Assembly (NCBI RefSeq): GCF_001194135.2
Contig: NC_068985.1
Coordinates: 43,018,293 to 43,082,292, forward strand
DNA from: Octopus bimaculoides
Lineage: Eukaryota
Reading direction: 5' to 3'
Length of the DNA stretch: 64,000 nt
The notes below the pieces were generated by a model. The model was not told the DNA's origin and did not search any database. It saw nothing but the letters and a program-made list of their open reading frames with translations. A program made the translations under genes and the position numbers. Each line of letters begins with the position of its first letter. Position 1 is the first letter of the stretch. Shown piece after piece: positions 25,763 to 38,529 of this stretch.

Positions 25763-27230
25763 TCTGTGTATATATATATATATATATAGGTCTGTGTATA
25801 TATATATATATATAGGTCTGTGTATATATAGCTCTCTCTCTCTCCCATTCATTTGTTCCAGCCTATTACGTATGGTTATGATTGGGCACTAGCTTCAGGC
25901 AGATAGATAGATAGATAGATAGGATACAAAATCCCAGAAAATCGTTGGTTTCCAAAGTGAGTATAATGAACAGAAATCCATCTCCAACGTTTATATGTTA
26001 TTTTGATTAATTTCGTCTTGTTTCTACTTAATAGTAATATTAACGTCTTATGGATGTGACAGAAAGTATAACTGAATATAATGTAATGGTAGTCTCACAT
26101 AACGTTGATGATCATGTCGGTAATAATGTTAAGGATGATGATGGTAATAATGTAAACCACAATGATGATGATGATGACAATGCGGGGGTGGAGACAGAAG
26201 CTGATGATGTAAGTCAGTTATAAAAGACTTGAGACATTTGTTATGTGATAGCAATACCTAAGCACTGAAAACTTGGGTGAAGTCTCCAACTTAAATTATA
26301 AATACTAGAAATAAAATTTAATTTCAAAATTACAAAATGTTAATAGTTTATTTTTAAGTGCATAAAATTAAAATATTAAAATTTTTAATAACGATGGTAT
26401 GGGTGATTCATAAATAAAAGATGAAATATACAGCGAAGGTTTGTTTCAGCGCTAGAATTGATGTTCCCTAAGCTGTGATACAGTTTTCAAAGTTTTTTTT
26501 ACCTCCTCGCAGAACTTTTTGCCCAAAATAATAATCAATAAACTAAATTAATGAGAGTTTATATCTGTGAATGAGGTTATATATATATATATGTATATAT
26601 ACACACGCGTACACACACGCATACGCGCGCGCGCGTACAGTGATATTTAAAACGTCACTATCTTTAAAGTTTGTTGATGTGAATTCCTGCAGTAAAAGTT
26701 GAGGAATGAAAATGTGTTGCGAACTTTATTAACATAGCAAACAAAATTTCATACCCATCCTGCAATTTGATGTTTATCTTGTCATTGAAAACTATGAATG
26801 AAGTCCGTACATAACATATAGACACATTAATACACAGTTACTCACTCACACAAATACACACGCACATATATACACGATAAAAGAATTGTAAACTTCTAAA
26901 GTTATTTGTAAATATTTCGGTAAACAGATAGATAGAAAAAGAGGCAGTACTTGGAATAATGACAGTTAGTCAACTTTTTTGTTCCTTTTTTGCAATCCCA
27001 ACAAAGTCTGGGTTAAAAATAGTCGAAAATTCTTACTTTACGAGTTGAAAACTATTTGGAGAGTCTTTCTAAAAGCAATGTCAATCTTTTAAAACTCTAA
27101 TAATTCTATATATTTTCTAAAAGACATTTTGCCCATTCTTTTTTACAAGCAAGAATTTTATATATATATATATATATATACCCACGTCTCAAAAAAAAAA
27201 CCATTCCGTCGGTATCAAACAGCTACCTAC

Positions 27231-27435
27231 CTTGTAACATTCGTTCCAATTTTCTTCGGTCGACACGGAACCTATCCTCGAACAAGCCTCCAAGATCTTT
27301 ATCCGGTCGGTCATCGTTGGTACCCTGAGAAGAAGTGTCACCAATATCAGATTTTGAATCCGAATTTAGGTAAGAACACTCAAATGAATTCGTATCCAGT
27401 CCGGGTATCAGAGACTGTAGGATAGTCTCCGCCAT
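27231..27435 (-). CDS. bicc1: Bicaudal C homolog, first coding exon (68 codons + 1 nt, phase-1 donor)
   Basis: Translation MAETILQ…GGLFEDRFRVDRRKLERMLQ matches the conserved BICC1/Bic-C N-terminal motif E[ED]RFRVDR[KR]KLE.MLQ that precedes KH1. Strong start context (GGTATGG) and a canonical donor CAAG|GTAGGT at 27231/27230. Downstream exons were not found in the window. Confidence 0.87.
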
Positions 27436-27900
27436 ACCAGCATTATTCTGTTTTGTGTATGTGTTGGGGTTGCAGTGAAAGCACTAGTTGCGAACGAAAG
27501 CAGCAGTCGTGGAAAGTAAGTTTAGTGGCACTTAACTCGGCTTTGTTGCTTTCTTCCTTTTTTTTTTTTTGTTGTTGTTATGTGAGAGTAGTTTCTTTCT
27601 TTCTTTCTTTTTCTTAACAACTGAACGATTGTTGAAGGCTGTTTAAGAACTAAGAGAAGTAGCAGCGCCAAAGTAAAGGAAGGAAGGTGGACGAACCATA
27701 TAGTGAGGGGATAGAGACAGACGGTTAGGAATCGAGATCCGTAGTAAAAATGACAACGAGAGGGGCCAATAAAAGCTGAGATAAAGTGAAAACTACAACT
27801 ATCAGGAACAGCATGCGGTTTATGGAAACTTTTATGCTCTAAATACCTCAACTACTCTTTCGACGAGGCAGAAAAATAAAACTTCGACGAAAGGAACTTT
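27436..27900 (-). promoter_or_regulatory. Probable bicc1 5' UTR and proximal promoter
   Basis: Non-repetitive, relatively CpG-rich sequence directly upstream of the ATG. CCAAT at 27766-27770 and GCATGCG near 27811. TSS cannot be placed. Confidence 0.45.
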
Positions 27901-28804
27901 TTGTTTGTTTTTTTTTTAATTTGTGCAACTTATTTTCTAACTAGATTCTACACTTATAAACGAGTATTTACGTGCGGTACTTCCTTTTAATATTTACATG
28001 AATATATTTAGTTCCATAATTTGTCCGTTGCAAAACGTATTCTAAATTCACTAGAAAATGTCTAAAACTACGACCAAATCTAAACGGTTTCTAAACATGT
28101 AAATCCATCGAATTTCAAAATTTCATTATGAACTTGACGATAACTTTCTAACAACATAACAGAGCACTTCGTGAATTCCATTATAAATATTGATTTCTTA
28201 CTTGAGGGTCAAGGTTTCTGATTTACTACGAGAGACGAAATAAAACTGTGGCTTTCTTAACTGCATTAGTTTACAACTTTTTCCTCTGTCCGTCTTCTCA
28301 ACACACCTCCACCAGGCGGGCGTATCTTTTACCTGTGTATTGTAATTTATTTACGCTGCTAATGTCTATTTCCCTTTCGCCCTGCAAGAAGAATAAAATT
28401 GCTCTAATATTCTCACCCTGCATCGACTGGTATATTCAAGACTATTTTAAACTCGCACTGTGTTTATAATCAGTAATATCGAGTGTGTAGAAAAATTAAG
28501 GAAACTTTTTTTCTGCGAATTCAATAAAATAGTTTCGAATTTCGAAATAGACACTTTTTTTCTTTCAATAAAAATTCTCTCTTCTATCACTCCGTCTTAC
28601 GATTTCTACCTTCCCTGACTATCCTTTTTGTTGTTGTTGTTTTTTTGGGGTTTTTTCACCAGGTAATGTTATTATTTATAACTTACTCCAAAGTAAACAG
28701 ATTAACAGTCGAGAGTTAGGCATTTTTTTCTTACTATTTCACACCATGATGGACACAGCTGTTCAGTACAACACCGTTAGCTATAATATATATATACATA
28801 TATA

Positions 28805-28998
28805 TATTCTTTTATTTGTTTCAGTCATTTGACTGCAGCCATGCTGGAGCACCGCCTTTAGTCGAGCAAATCGACCCCAGGACTTCTTTGTAAGACTAGT
28901 ACTTATTCTATCGTCTCTCTGGCCGAACCGCTAAGTTACGGGAACGTAAACACATCACCATCGGTTGTCAAGCGATGTTAGGGGGGACAAACACAGAA

Positions 28999-29038
<40 letters not shown>

Positions 29039-29190
29039 TTATATACGACGGGCTTCTTTCAGTTTCCGTCTACCAAATTCACTCGCAAGGCTTGGGTTGG
29101 CCCGAGGCTATAGTAGAAGACACTTGCCCAAGGTGCCACGCAGTGGGATTGAACCCGGAACCATGTGGTTGGTAAGCAAGCTTGCGCCTA
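28805..29190 (-). mobile_element. SINE family A, young, CpG-intact
   Basis: Near-identical to 11220-11645. Confidence 0.85.
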
Positions 29191-29194
29191 TGTG

Positions 29195-29391
29195 TATATC
29201 TGTTTAGTGTTGACTTCCCGAAAAAAAAAGAATACTTAATTTCATAATACAGAATTAATAGTATATTTTATTTTGGTCGAGTCAGTCTCTCGCTACTCTG
29301 AGTTTCGTCTGTGGGTGTACAGGGTCTTCAGGCAAGTTACAAGTTGTAACTCACCTGAAGACCTGTACACTCACGGGCAGAAACCAGAATA
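29195..29391. mobile_element. Second copy of the inverted-hammerhead PLE-like family; the minus-strand arm keeps the core nucleotides
   Basis: Minus strand 29336-29289: CTTGC CTGAAGA CC CTGT-acaccc-ACAG AC GAAAC TCAGA GTA GCGAG, then AATAAA at 29272-29267. The inverted arm starts at the symmetry centre 29343. Confidence 0.72.
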
Positions 29392-29699
29392 CTTTTTTTA
29401 GGCTTAGGTGACCGAAACTTCGAAGTCAATGTCAATAATATTCTTGTTTAAGAATTATATTTATATATTATGTGTCTGTGTTATATAAAGCATTGAGACA
29501 AATGCTACACATTTGAGGCGTATAGTCAATTGAATCTACTCTAGTACCTGAATGACACCTTATTTTATCGACCTCTAACGGAAAAATTAAACCAGAGTTG
29601 ACTCCGGCGAGATTTGAACTCAAAACGTAAAGGGCCGTAACTGCATTGTAGCATTTTGGCTGACGTTCTAATAATAAGAGTATTTGGTTTCGAAAAAAT

Positions 29700-30025
29700 A
29701 TTGTCTTAAATTTCTTTGGATGAGTATGTTAAGCCTCGAAGAATACGATTTTACATTTTTTTTTCTTTGAGGGATACCGTCCCTTCTGTATTGGACTTTT
29801 TTCCGAAATTTTTTTTCAGATTTTCTAAAAGTTGAGCATATTTTTGAAAAATCGTAATCTCAGAAGCTTAAAACATAGATCTTACGAAAATTTTTCAAAA
29901 GATAGCCAAAACAGAAATTATGGAAAGGGGAAATCTGCCCCCACCATTTATTTATTTATTTATTTATTGGAGAAAACATAATCGACGATGTTTAAAACAT
30001 ACTCATCTAAAGAAATGAGGATTTT
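29700..30025. mobile_element. MITE-like element, superfamily unassigned
   Basis: 21-bp inverted repeat with 1 mismatch (29710-29730 vs 29996-30016) around an AT-rich, CpG-retaining interior. TSD not resolved. Confidence 0.5.
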
Positions 30026-30064
30026 TGGCGCACTGAATTCCTGTCTCTGTTCTACAGAAATGCT

Positions 30065-32584
30065 TAATGATAATAACGGTTTCTAATGTAGGCATAAGGC
30101 CAGCATTTTTCAAGAGATGAAGTTGATTAATACCATTATCCCCACTACTAGATTGATACTTTATTTTATCAACCCCCAAAAAATAACAGTGTTAACCCCT
30201 GCATGGGTTGAACTCAGAGTGTAGAGAACGCGAATAAATACTGCAGGACTTTTTCCCCCCATCACTTTAACAATTCTATCAACTGAATAATAACGATTTC
30301 AAATTTTGGCACAAGACTAACAATTTCGAGGAGTGGGTAAGTCAATTACATCAACCCCAGTACTCAACTGGCAGTTATTTTATCGACCCTGAAAGGATGA
30401 AAGGCAAAGTCAACCTTGACAGAATTTGAACTCAGACATAAAGATGAGCAAAATGCTGCTAAGCATTTTGACCAGTGTGCTAATCATTCTGCAACTCACT
30501 GCCTTAATAATAATGATGGTTTCAAATTTTGTGGGAGGTGTAAGTCAATTATATTAACCCCAGTGATCGACTGGTACTTATTTTATCAACCCTGCGAGGA
30601 TGAATGGCAAAGTTGACCTTGGCGGAATTTGAACTCTGAACACGAAGACAGACGAAATGCCACTAAGCATTTTCCATAGCATATGGCCAGTAATTTTAGT
30701 AGAAGGGTAAGCCAATAATATTAACCCCATTACTTGATGGGTATTTTATTTTTTATTGACTCCAAATTAATGCAAGGCGAAGTTGATCTTGGTAGGATTT
30801 GAACTCAGAGTGGAAAGAGCTGGAAGAAATGCTGCTAAGTAAAGAATTCTGGCAGCTCAATAATAATAATATTCAAGGCAGCAAGCTGGCAGAAACGTTA
30901 GCATGCTGGACGAAATACTTAGCGGTATTTCATATGTCTTTAGGTTCTGAGTTCAAATTCCACTTAGGTCAACTTTGACTTTCATTCATTCAGGGTTGAT
31001 AGATTAAGTTCCAGTTGCATACAGGATCAGTCTAATCGACTGGCCCCCGCCCCAAAAATTTCAGGCCTTATGCCTAGAGTAGAAAAGAATAATAATGATA
31101 ATCCTTTCTACTTTAGACACAAAGCCTGAAATTGTGGATGAGGGGTTAGTCAACTACATCAACCCCAGTGTTCAACTGGTACTTATTTCACCAACCGTGA
31201 CAGGATGAAATGCAAAGTCAACCTGGGTAGAATTCGAACTCAGAACATAAACGCCATTAAGTATTTTGTCTGGCATGCTGACAATTCTGCCAGCTCACCA
31301 CCTTCTCAATAATCCTTTCTATTATAGGCACATGGACTGAAATTTTGCGAGAGGAGGTTAGTCAATTACATCAACTCCAGTACTCAGCTGGTACTTATTT
31401 TATTAACCCTGAAATGATGAAAGGCAAAGTCGACCTCAACAGAATTTGATCTCAGAACATAGAGATGAACAAAATGCCACTAAGCATCTTGCCTGGTGAG
31501 CTAATGATTCTGCCAGCTCACCACCTTAATAATAATTGTGTAAAATTTTGGTACAAAACTAGCAATTTTAGGGGATAGAGTTTTGTCAATACCATCAACC
31601 CCAGTACTTGACTGGTACTTTGTTTTATCAGTTCTGAAAGGATAAACAGTAACATTGACTTCAGTGGTGCTTGAACTCGAAATGTAAAAGAACGAGAAGA
31701 AATGCCACAAAGCATATTTTCTGGCATAGTAATGGTTCTGCAACAACTATTTGAGGGAGGGATGTATTGCATAGGCACTTATTGAAAAGTCAACTCCAAT
31801 GAGATTTGAACTCAATGTATCAAAAGATGTAAACTAAATGCTGCTTGGCACTTAGTTTGACATCCTACCTTGTCTATCAGGTCATCCAGTCTATTAGAAA
31901 CTGCAGCCAATTCTGCCTCAAATCTCACCCTACCATCTGAAATCAAGAAAGGTCACATTATATAATGTAGATCGACATAACCTAAAACTATAAGATGGTC
32001 ATATCTAGACTACTTTTCATCATAGATTTGCTTGATTAAAACTAACCAAGAGCTAAATAACTACCTCAATATTGATTTCTTCTTATACACACACACAACA
32101 CCACACAGTTTTGGAGAGAAGGTGATAGTATATACACATATATGCATACATACTTAGAGAAGAAGGTAATATGCACACATACCCAGAAAAAAAACAACTG
32201 GCACATACACACACACAATATTTAGTAGAGAAGAGATGAGCATACACACACACACACATATGCATGCATACACATGCACACATGTACAAAAGGAAAACTG
32301 CAAAGCATTTTATCTAATGCGCTAACAGTTCTGCCAGCTCATTGCTATAATAATAGTAATAATAAACATTGTGGTTTCAAATTTTGCTACAAGGGCAGCA
32401 ATTTTGGAGGCAGGGATGAGTTGATTACATCAACCCCAGTGTTCAACTGGTACTTATTTTACTGACCCTGAAAGGATGAAAGACAAAGCTGACCTCGGAG
32501 GAATTTGAACTCAGAACGTAAAGATGGATGAAATGCTGCTAAGTATTTTGTCCAGTGTGCTAACAATTCTACCAGCTCATTGCC

Positions 32585-32619
<35 letters not shown>

Positions 32620-33400
32620 CCTTTATACTATATGAGCAAGGCCTGGAATTTGAGGGGAAGGGGATAGTCGATCACATCGATCCCCAGTACTTGACTGGTA
32701 CTTAATTTATTGACCCCTAAAGGGATGAGAATCAAGGTCACTCTTAGCAGAATTTGAACTCAGAATGTATAGACAGACAAGGTACAACTAGGCATTGTGC
32801 CCAGAGCACTAACAATTATGCCATTCACCACTTTAATAATAATAATAATAATAATAATAATTATAATTATAATAATGCTTTCTACTGTAAGCACAAGGCC
32901 TCGAGTTTGGGGGAAGGGGATTAAGTTGATTACACAGACCCCAGTGTGTAACTGATACTAATTTTATCAACCCTGAAAGGATGAACAGCAAAGTCGACCT
33001 TGGCGGAATTTGAACTCAGATTATATTGATAATTGATTATATTGATCCTACCTCACTCCTCCAGTATATGAGTGTCAGTTTTTTCTGTTGCTCTCAGAAC
33101 ATAAAAGGAAGTGGTTAAGCACCACAAGATATTTAATCCACTGCTCAACTGATTCTTCCATGTCCCTGTTGTCATAATAATGATTTTTGTTTTTACATTA
33201 GCACAAGTTCACATTAAATGGGAGGTAATAGTCAATTATACCAGGCCCCATACCTGACTGGTATTTTAATTTATCAGCCATGGAGGGATAAAAAGCAAAG
33301 TTGATCTCAACAGGATTTGAACTCAGAACATAGGGCTAAATGTTTAAATGCCACAAAGCATTTCATCTGACACTAACGATTCTACCAATCTTCTTCCATT
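30065..33400 (-). repeat. Array of about a dozen diverged SINE B copies, mostly head-to-tail on the minus strand, one inverted (30876-31090)
   Basis: Repeated GAATTTGAACTCAG…CCAGCTCAC units joined by (TAA)n, with two tail variants. Confidence 0.85.
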
Positions 33401-34149
33401 ATAATAATGATGATAATGATAGGGAGGAGGAGGAGAAGGAGGGAGAAGAGGAGGATGATTTCTAACTTTAGCACAAGGTCGACATGTTTTGGTGGTAGAA
33501 GCAGAGGGACATAGTTAATTCATCCCTTCCCACTTCTCTCAAATATCTCTTGATATTTCTATAATATAAAGTAAACATACACGTCAACACTTCACAGTTT
33601 CAAATGTTGAATAAAGATTAAAAAGTAAAGGGGGAAAATGATTTAAGGCAAAGAATTCTAAAATCATCCAACTTCCATTAACCAGAAATGTTTCTAGGAA
33701 TGTCTATGAAAGGAACGATTAGGTTCAAAAGTTCAGACTGTGATCTTAAAACCAGCCAGAATTTTAATTAGTGTCTGTAGTAGTATGTTTTTATATCAAA
33801 ACAGGTGTCAGGAAGTTCCTCATTGAAATTCATATCATCCATGTTTACAGGTAAACATTTACTCAGCATTGTAGAACGGTGATAAGATCAAGGAAAATGA
33901 AACTTGCATCACTGGTTCAATTCCTTGTTTAACCATTTCACTTCCATTTAGCATTTAAACTGGCCATCTCCTACCCTAAATACTCAACTTGTTTTATGTT
34001 CAAATTGACCAGATCATCCCTGCTACACCTATCCTACAATGTCATTCTAAAAGTAAGCAATTACATCATTGAAATCTTGAAGCTACAAGATAATGCATGA
34101 TTAATTCAAAACAATGTGAATAAGAAGCCTTACATCTGATAGAGAAATC

Positions 34150-34460
34150 ATCATCATCATCATCGTTTAACATCCGCTTTCCATGCTGGCATGGGTTGGA
34201 CGGTTTGACTAAGGACTGGCAAGCCAATAGGCTACACCAGGCTCCAATCTGATCTGGCAATGTTTCTACAGCTGGGTGCCCTTCCTAACGCCAACCACTC
34301 TGAGTGTGTAGTGGGTGCTTTTTACGTGTCACCAGCACAGGAGCCAGTCAAGCAGCCCTGGCATTGATCATGTTTGGATTGTACTTTTTACGTGCCACTG
34401 GCATGGGAGCCAGTCAGGGGGTATTGGCATCAGCCACGTTCAGATGGTGCTTTTTATGTG
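34150..34460 (-). mobile_element. RTE-type 3' tail
   Basis: Close similarity to 50740-51050. Confidence 0.75.
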
Positions 34461-35399
34461 CCATCAGCATGAGAGCCAAAGGGTTAGATAGAGCATGTCT
34501 AGACAATAACAACTTGGTCAGAATTTGAAGTAGGGACAGTAAAACAGATCATTGTAAATGGAATGTCTTAGATCTTAGATCTGTTTTATAGAGACAGAGC
34601 TGGGACTAGACAGTAGCAACAAGCATATTAATAAAAAAAATCTTGACTATAAAGTTGATACAGTTGAAAACTAATATCCTTTTATTTTGTCATCAGCATA
34701 GCAAAGACTTCACCATACATGCCTTTAAATGAAAATAGGCTGAGACATGCCATCTGCATGAAATAGCAACAGTTGAGAGTTCACATATTCAATATAGTAA
34801 ATATTTAAAAAACTAGCTAGCAATAATTGTCTCACTAAGATAATTAAAACTTACTGAAATATTTACAACAATATTAGTAATTGATGAATATATTTTTTCC
34901 TCACTACGTAATTATTTTTAGCTAAATTTTTAATGTTTCCTGTATTAAATTTTACTAAGTATTGTTTTTCGTGCAGATCATAGAAGCAGGAATGGTTATG
35001 TGGTTAAGAAGTCTACTTACCAACCACATAGTTTTGGGTTCAGTCTCACATGTGTGGCACCTTGGGTAGATATCTTCTACCATAGCCCATACCGACTAAA
35101 GCTTCATGAGTGAATTTGGTCAACAGAAACTAATAAAAAATGCCCATTATACAGTTGTAATTGTTGGAATAAATATTTTCTGCCAAAACAATTCATTGAA
35201 GGAAAGTCAACACAAAAGGGGAACTTTGACATAGCTACTTGACCAGCTAGAAATACTTGGTCAGTATAGTTCCTGGTATATAAAAAGATAGAATAATCAT
35301 GGTTGAAATGCCCTTTGATATCAGACTGATCACTCTAGACACCAGGGCTGACCTAGGGCTAATTAACAACAACGTCAACTGTTTATGATAAATTTTAGC

Positions 35400-37260
35400 C
35401 ATGGAAATAGAATGTACGCAGTATTAGAAACAACACTGGAGTATGTGGAGTGGACATTTTGTTGTCAGAGACATAGATAGGTAATTGAGGTACTCAAAGT
35501 AACAAGGCAATGAGAGTATACAACATGATAATTCATCCAAGACCAGGAAATATGACAACAATGGTGTCCTTTGCATTTGTACTATAATCCAGACTGAATG
35601 ATGAGCAAGACAGACAGTTTTTATGAGGCTCTTTGCCGAATATGTCAGTGGCAGATGATAGCAACCTAATTAACATGACACATTACTTCAATGGATTTGC
35701 TTGGCAAAATCAGGATGGCTACTCCTGCATACATAGAGGTTATGAATAAGGTACAAGGAATAAGGAGAGGTCATTAGGGATGTGTGACACATGACATAAC
35801 CATTTACAACACTAACTTTAGGAAACTGGTCACCCTCTGATCACTCACTGATCAAGTGAACACAAAAATCAGAAAGATCAATATTCACTAGATTGTCATG
35901 AATACTATGTATTTTCCTAGTAAAAAAGGTATTGCCAACATAGATTTGGATGTTATGAAAATAATGGGAAGAGTCTAAACACAATTGATTAGGAAGAGAA
36001 TCATTTTAGATGAGATGCAGTTTGAATCTGTTCTGGGTCAGAGTACTACAAATACTCTCCTCCTGGTGAGATAACTGCAGAAGTTATTAGCTAAGATCTT
36101 AGCTACATAGCATTTATTGAGCTGGATAAGGTTTTGTGATCTTTAAAAAAAACTGGGAATTGTGAGGGCCATGCAAGTCATGTACAAAGATGTCTTTGGC
36201 AAAGTAAGAGCTGAAGATGAGATCAGTAACGAATTTAGTGGACAAAGCTTGGTTCTCAGCCCACTTCTACTTATCGTAGTCCTCTAGACCATAACAGAAG
36301 AGTTTAAGATCTGCTGTCCATGAGAACTCCTATGCGCTGGTGACCTAGCATTCACAGTGGAGTCTGTGAAAGATTTAGAGAAGGAATTTCCTGATGTGGA
36401 AACAAAACCTGGAATTAAGAAGCTTCAGTGAATAGGAAGAAGACTGGACTCTACCATCATAAGGAAAATGGCCACGCTCAATTTACCGATATAAAGTAGG
36501 AAGAAATTGCATATGGTGTACTCAGTGTGATCCACAGGCACACAAGAGGTGTACTGGAATCAAAGCCTAGCTGACAGTGAATAAAGACTTTGTATGTGGC
36601 AGATACACACATATAGTGAACTGTCAGAACACTAGTATAAAAATTATTTCCAATCATTGGAAGGTGCCATAAAAGTATATGGTAATTAGTTACTTAGGTG
36701 ACATAATCAGCAGTGGAGTTGAGGACTTTGAAAGTATAATTGCCAGAATAAGAACATTCTGAAAGCTGCTAAATCTATTGGCAACAAAGGTATTCTTTCT
36801 TCAAGTGAAAGGTAAATCATTTGATGCTTGTGTATGAAGTGTAATGTTGCATGGTAGTGAAACATGGGCATTGAATACAGAGAATGTGAAAATGCACAAG
36901 AGAAATGAAGCAAGCTTGCTCAGCTGCATGTGCAATGTTAGTGTATGAGAAAGATGGAACACAAATGAGTTAAAAGAAAGATTGAGTACAGGCAGAGTTA
37001 GATGTCGGGTGCAAGAGAGAAGTATGAAATGGTAGAGACATTTGATGCACATGGATGATAATCACTGGGTGAAGAAATGCCAGAATATCTAAGTGGAAGG
37101 AAACTGTTGAAGAGAGAGACCTAGGAAGACATGGGATGAAGTGGTGCAGACTGATCTGAAGAAGCTAAACCTCACAAAGATGATAGAGAATTGCAATTAG
37201 TAGAAGATACTGTATTGGAAAAAAAATTATCCACCCAATGCAAGCACAAAAAATGTAGTC
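35400..37260 (+). mobile_element. Heavily decayed RTE LINE (late endonuclease to RT C-terminus)
   Basis: Recognisable at DNA level by similarity to the 3.8 kb and 10 kb copies (GATGCAGTTTG, GAACTCCTATG, GGAAGACATGGG motifs); many stops. Confidence 0.7.
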
Positions 37261-38396
37261 ATAAAAATAATGATATATGTAGAGATATATGCAGTGTAAT
37301 ACTAATGTAAAATTTCTTGCTTTGGGCCATGTCACAGTGATTACAGTAGAGTTTGAAATCAGAAACTTTATATCCTAACCTATCCACTATAAACCAGTGA
37401 AGAAGCTATTCATTGCATTTAACAAGTTGTAGGACTTTAATGAAAATAAATGAAATTGTGTGAAATTCATGTTTTTCTTGAAGACAAAAACATTAATTTT
37501 TCAAATTTCAAGAGAAGTGATAAGGTAATGGGATGTTCAGGGGCCTTTTTTAAAATCTATAGTCAATTAAATTGACCTCTGTATATTACTGATATTTAGT
37601 TTGTTAATTTCAAGAGAACAAAATATGGCTGGATTTAAAATTCAGCAGGATACATCTGAATACTGTGAAAATATATCTTCAACAGTTGTCACATTTGGTT
37701 CTTTTTAGGTTCATTTCTTGAAAATTTTGTAATATCAACCACATTGTTAATTACTGAGAAGCATTTTATAAATTTTGGGAGCAGTTATTTATCAAAGCTA
37801 GTTATGAACTATTTAAAATAGGAACAGATTATAAGGAAGTAGCTATTAAAGACACCAACAGATTATATGAGAGCAGCTATTATTAAAGACAGATACATAT
37901 GACAGACACTATATGAGAGCAGATATTTATTAAAGATAGCTATAGATTACTGCATGGGAACAGCAATTTGTTAAAGATACCTACAGACTACACATGATCA
38001 GCGATTTATCAAAGATAGGTACAAAGTATGTATGACAGGTACAGACTATATAATAGCCTTGTATTTCTTGTTGAGCTTGAATGAATGTAAATTTTCTTTA
38101 GATATTTGCAGCACAAAAACAGAGTTTATTTTCCAAAGCATATAAATTCTGGTGCCCAAGCTATGACATTTTTCAGAAGGGAAATTATTGCCTTCTTTTC
38201 GCTCAGCATGACAAGACCTACTTTTGATAGTAATAGATCTAACAGTGTTGGATCTATTACTAAAAGTAATAGACCTAATGTGGTTAATATGACTATCAGA
38301 GTGAGTGACAATAAGTTCAGCTGGAGATTCCTGCCGTCTTACAGACTTAGAGTGTCATAAAACTGCAACCACCTTTCTTTTCTATATCATTTATAT

Positions 38397-38529
38397 CAGT
38401 GGTTCTCAATCATTTTTTGCCTTTGATGCCTATTTAACTCTACTATAACCAATTTATTGGACATAGTTTTAACAGCAAAATCTTCTGTGGACTCCCAAGG
38501 ACCATGTGGAACCTGGTTGAGAACCAATG
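38397..38529. mobile_element. hAT-type MITE, 133 bp
   Basis: TIRs CAGTGGTTCTCAA / TTGAGAACCAATG (1 mismatch). Perfect 8-bp TSD ATTTATAT at 38389-38396 and 38530-38537. Confidence 0.9.

Noticed and set aside
30065-33400. Regularly spaced repeats resembling a CRISPR array
   Set aside because: Eukaryotic context, units of about 200 bp that are diverged SINEs, no unique spacers and no cas genes.
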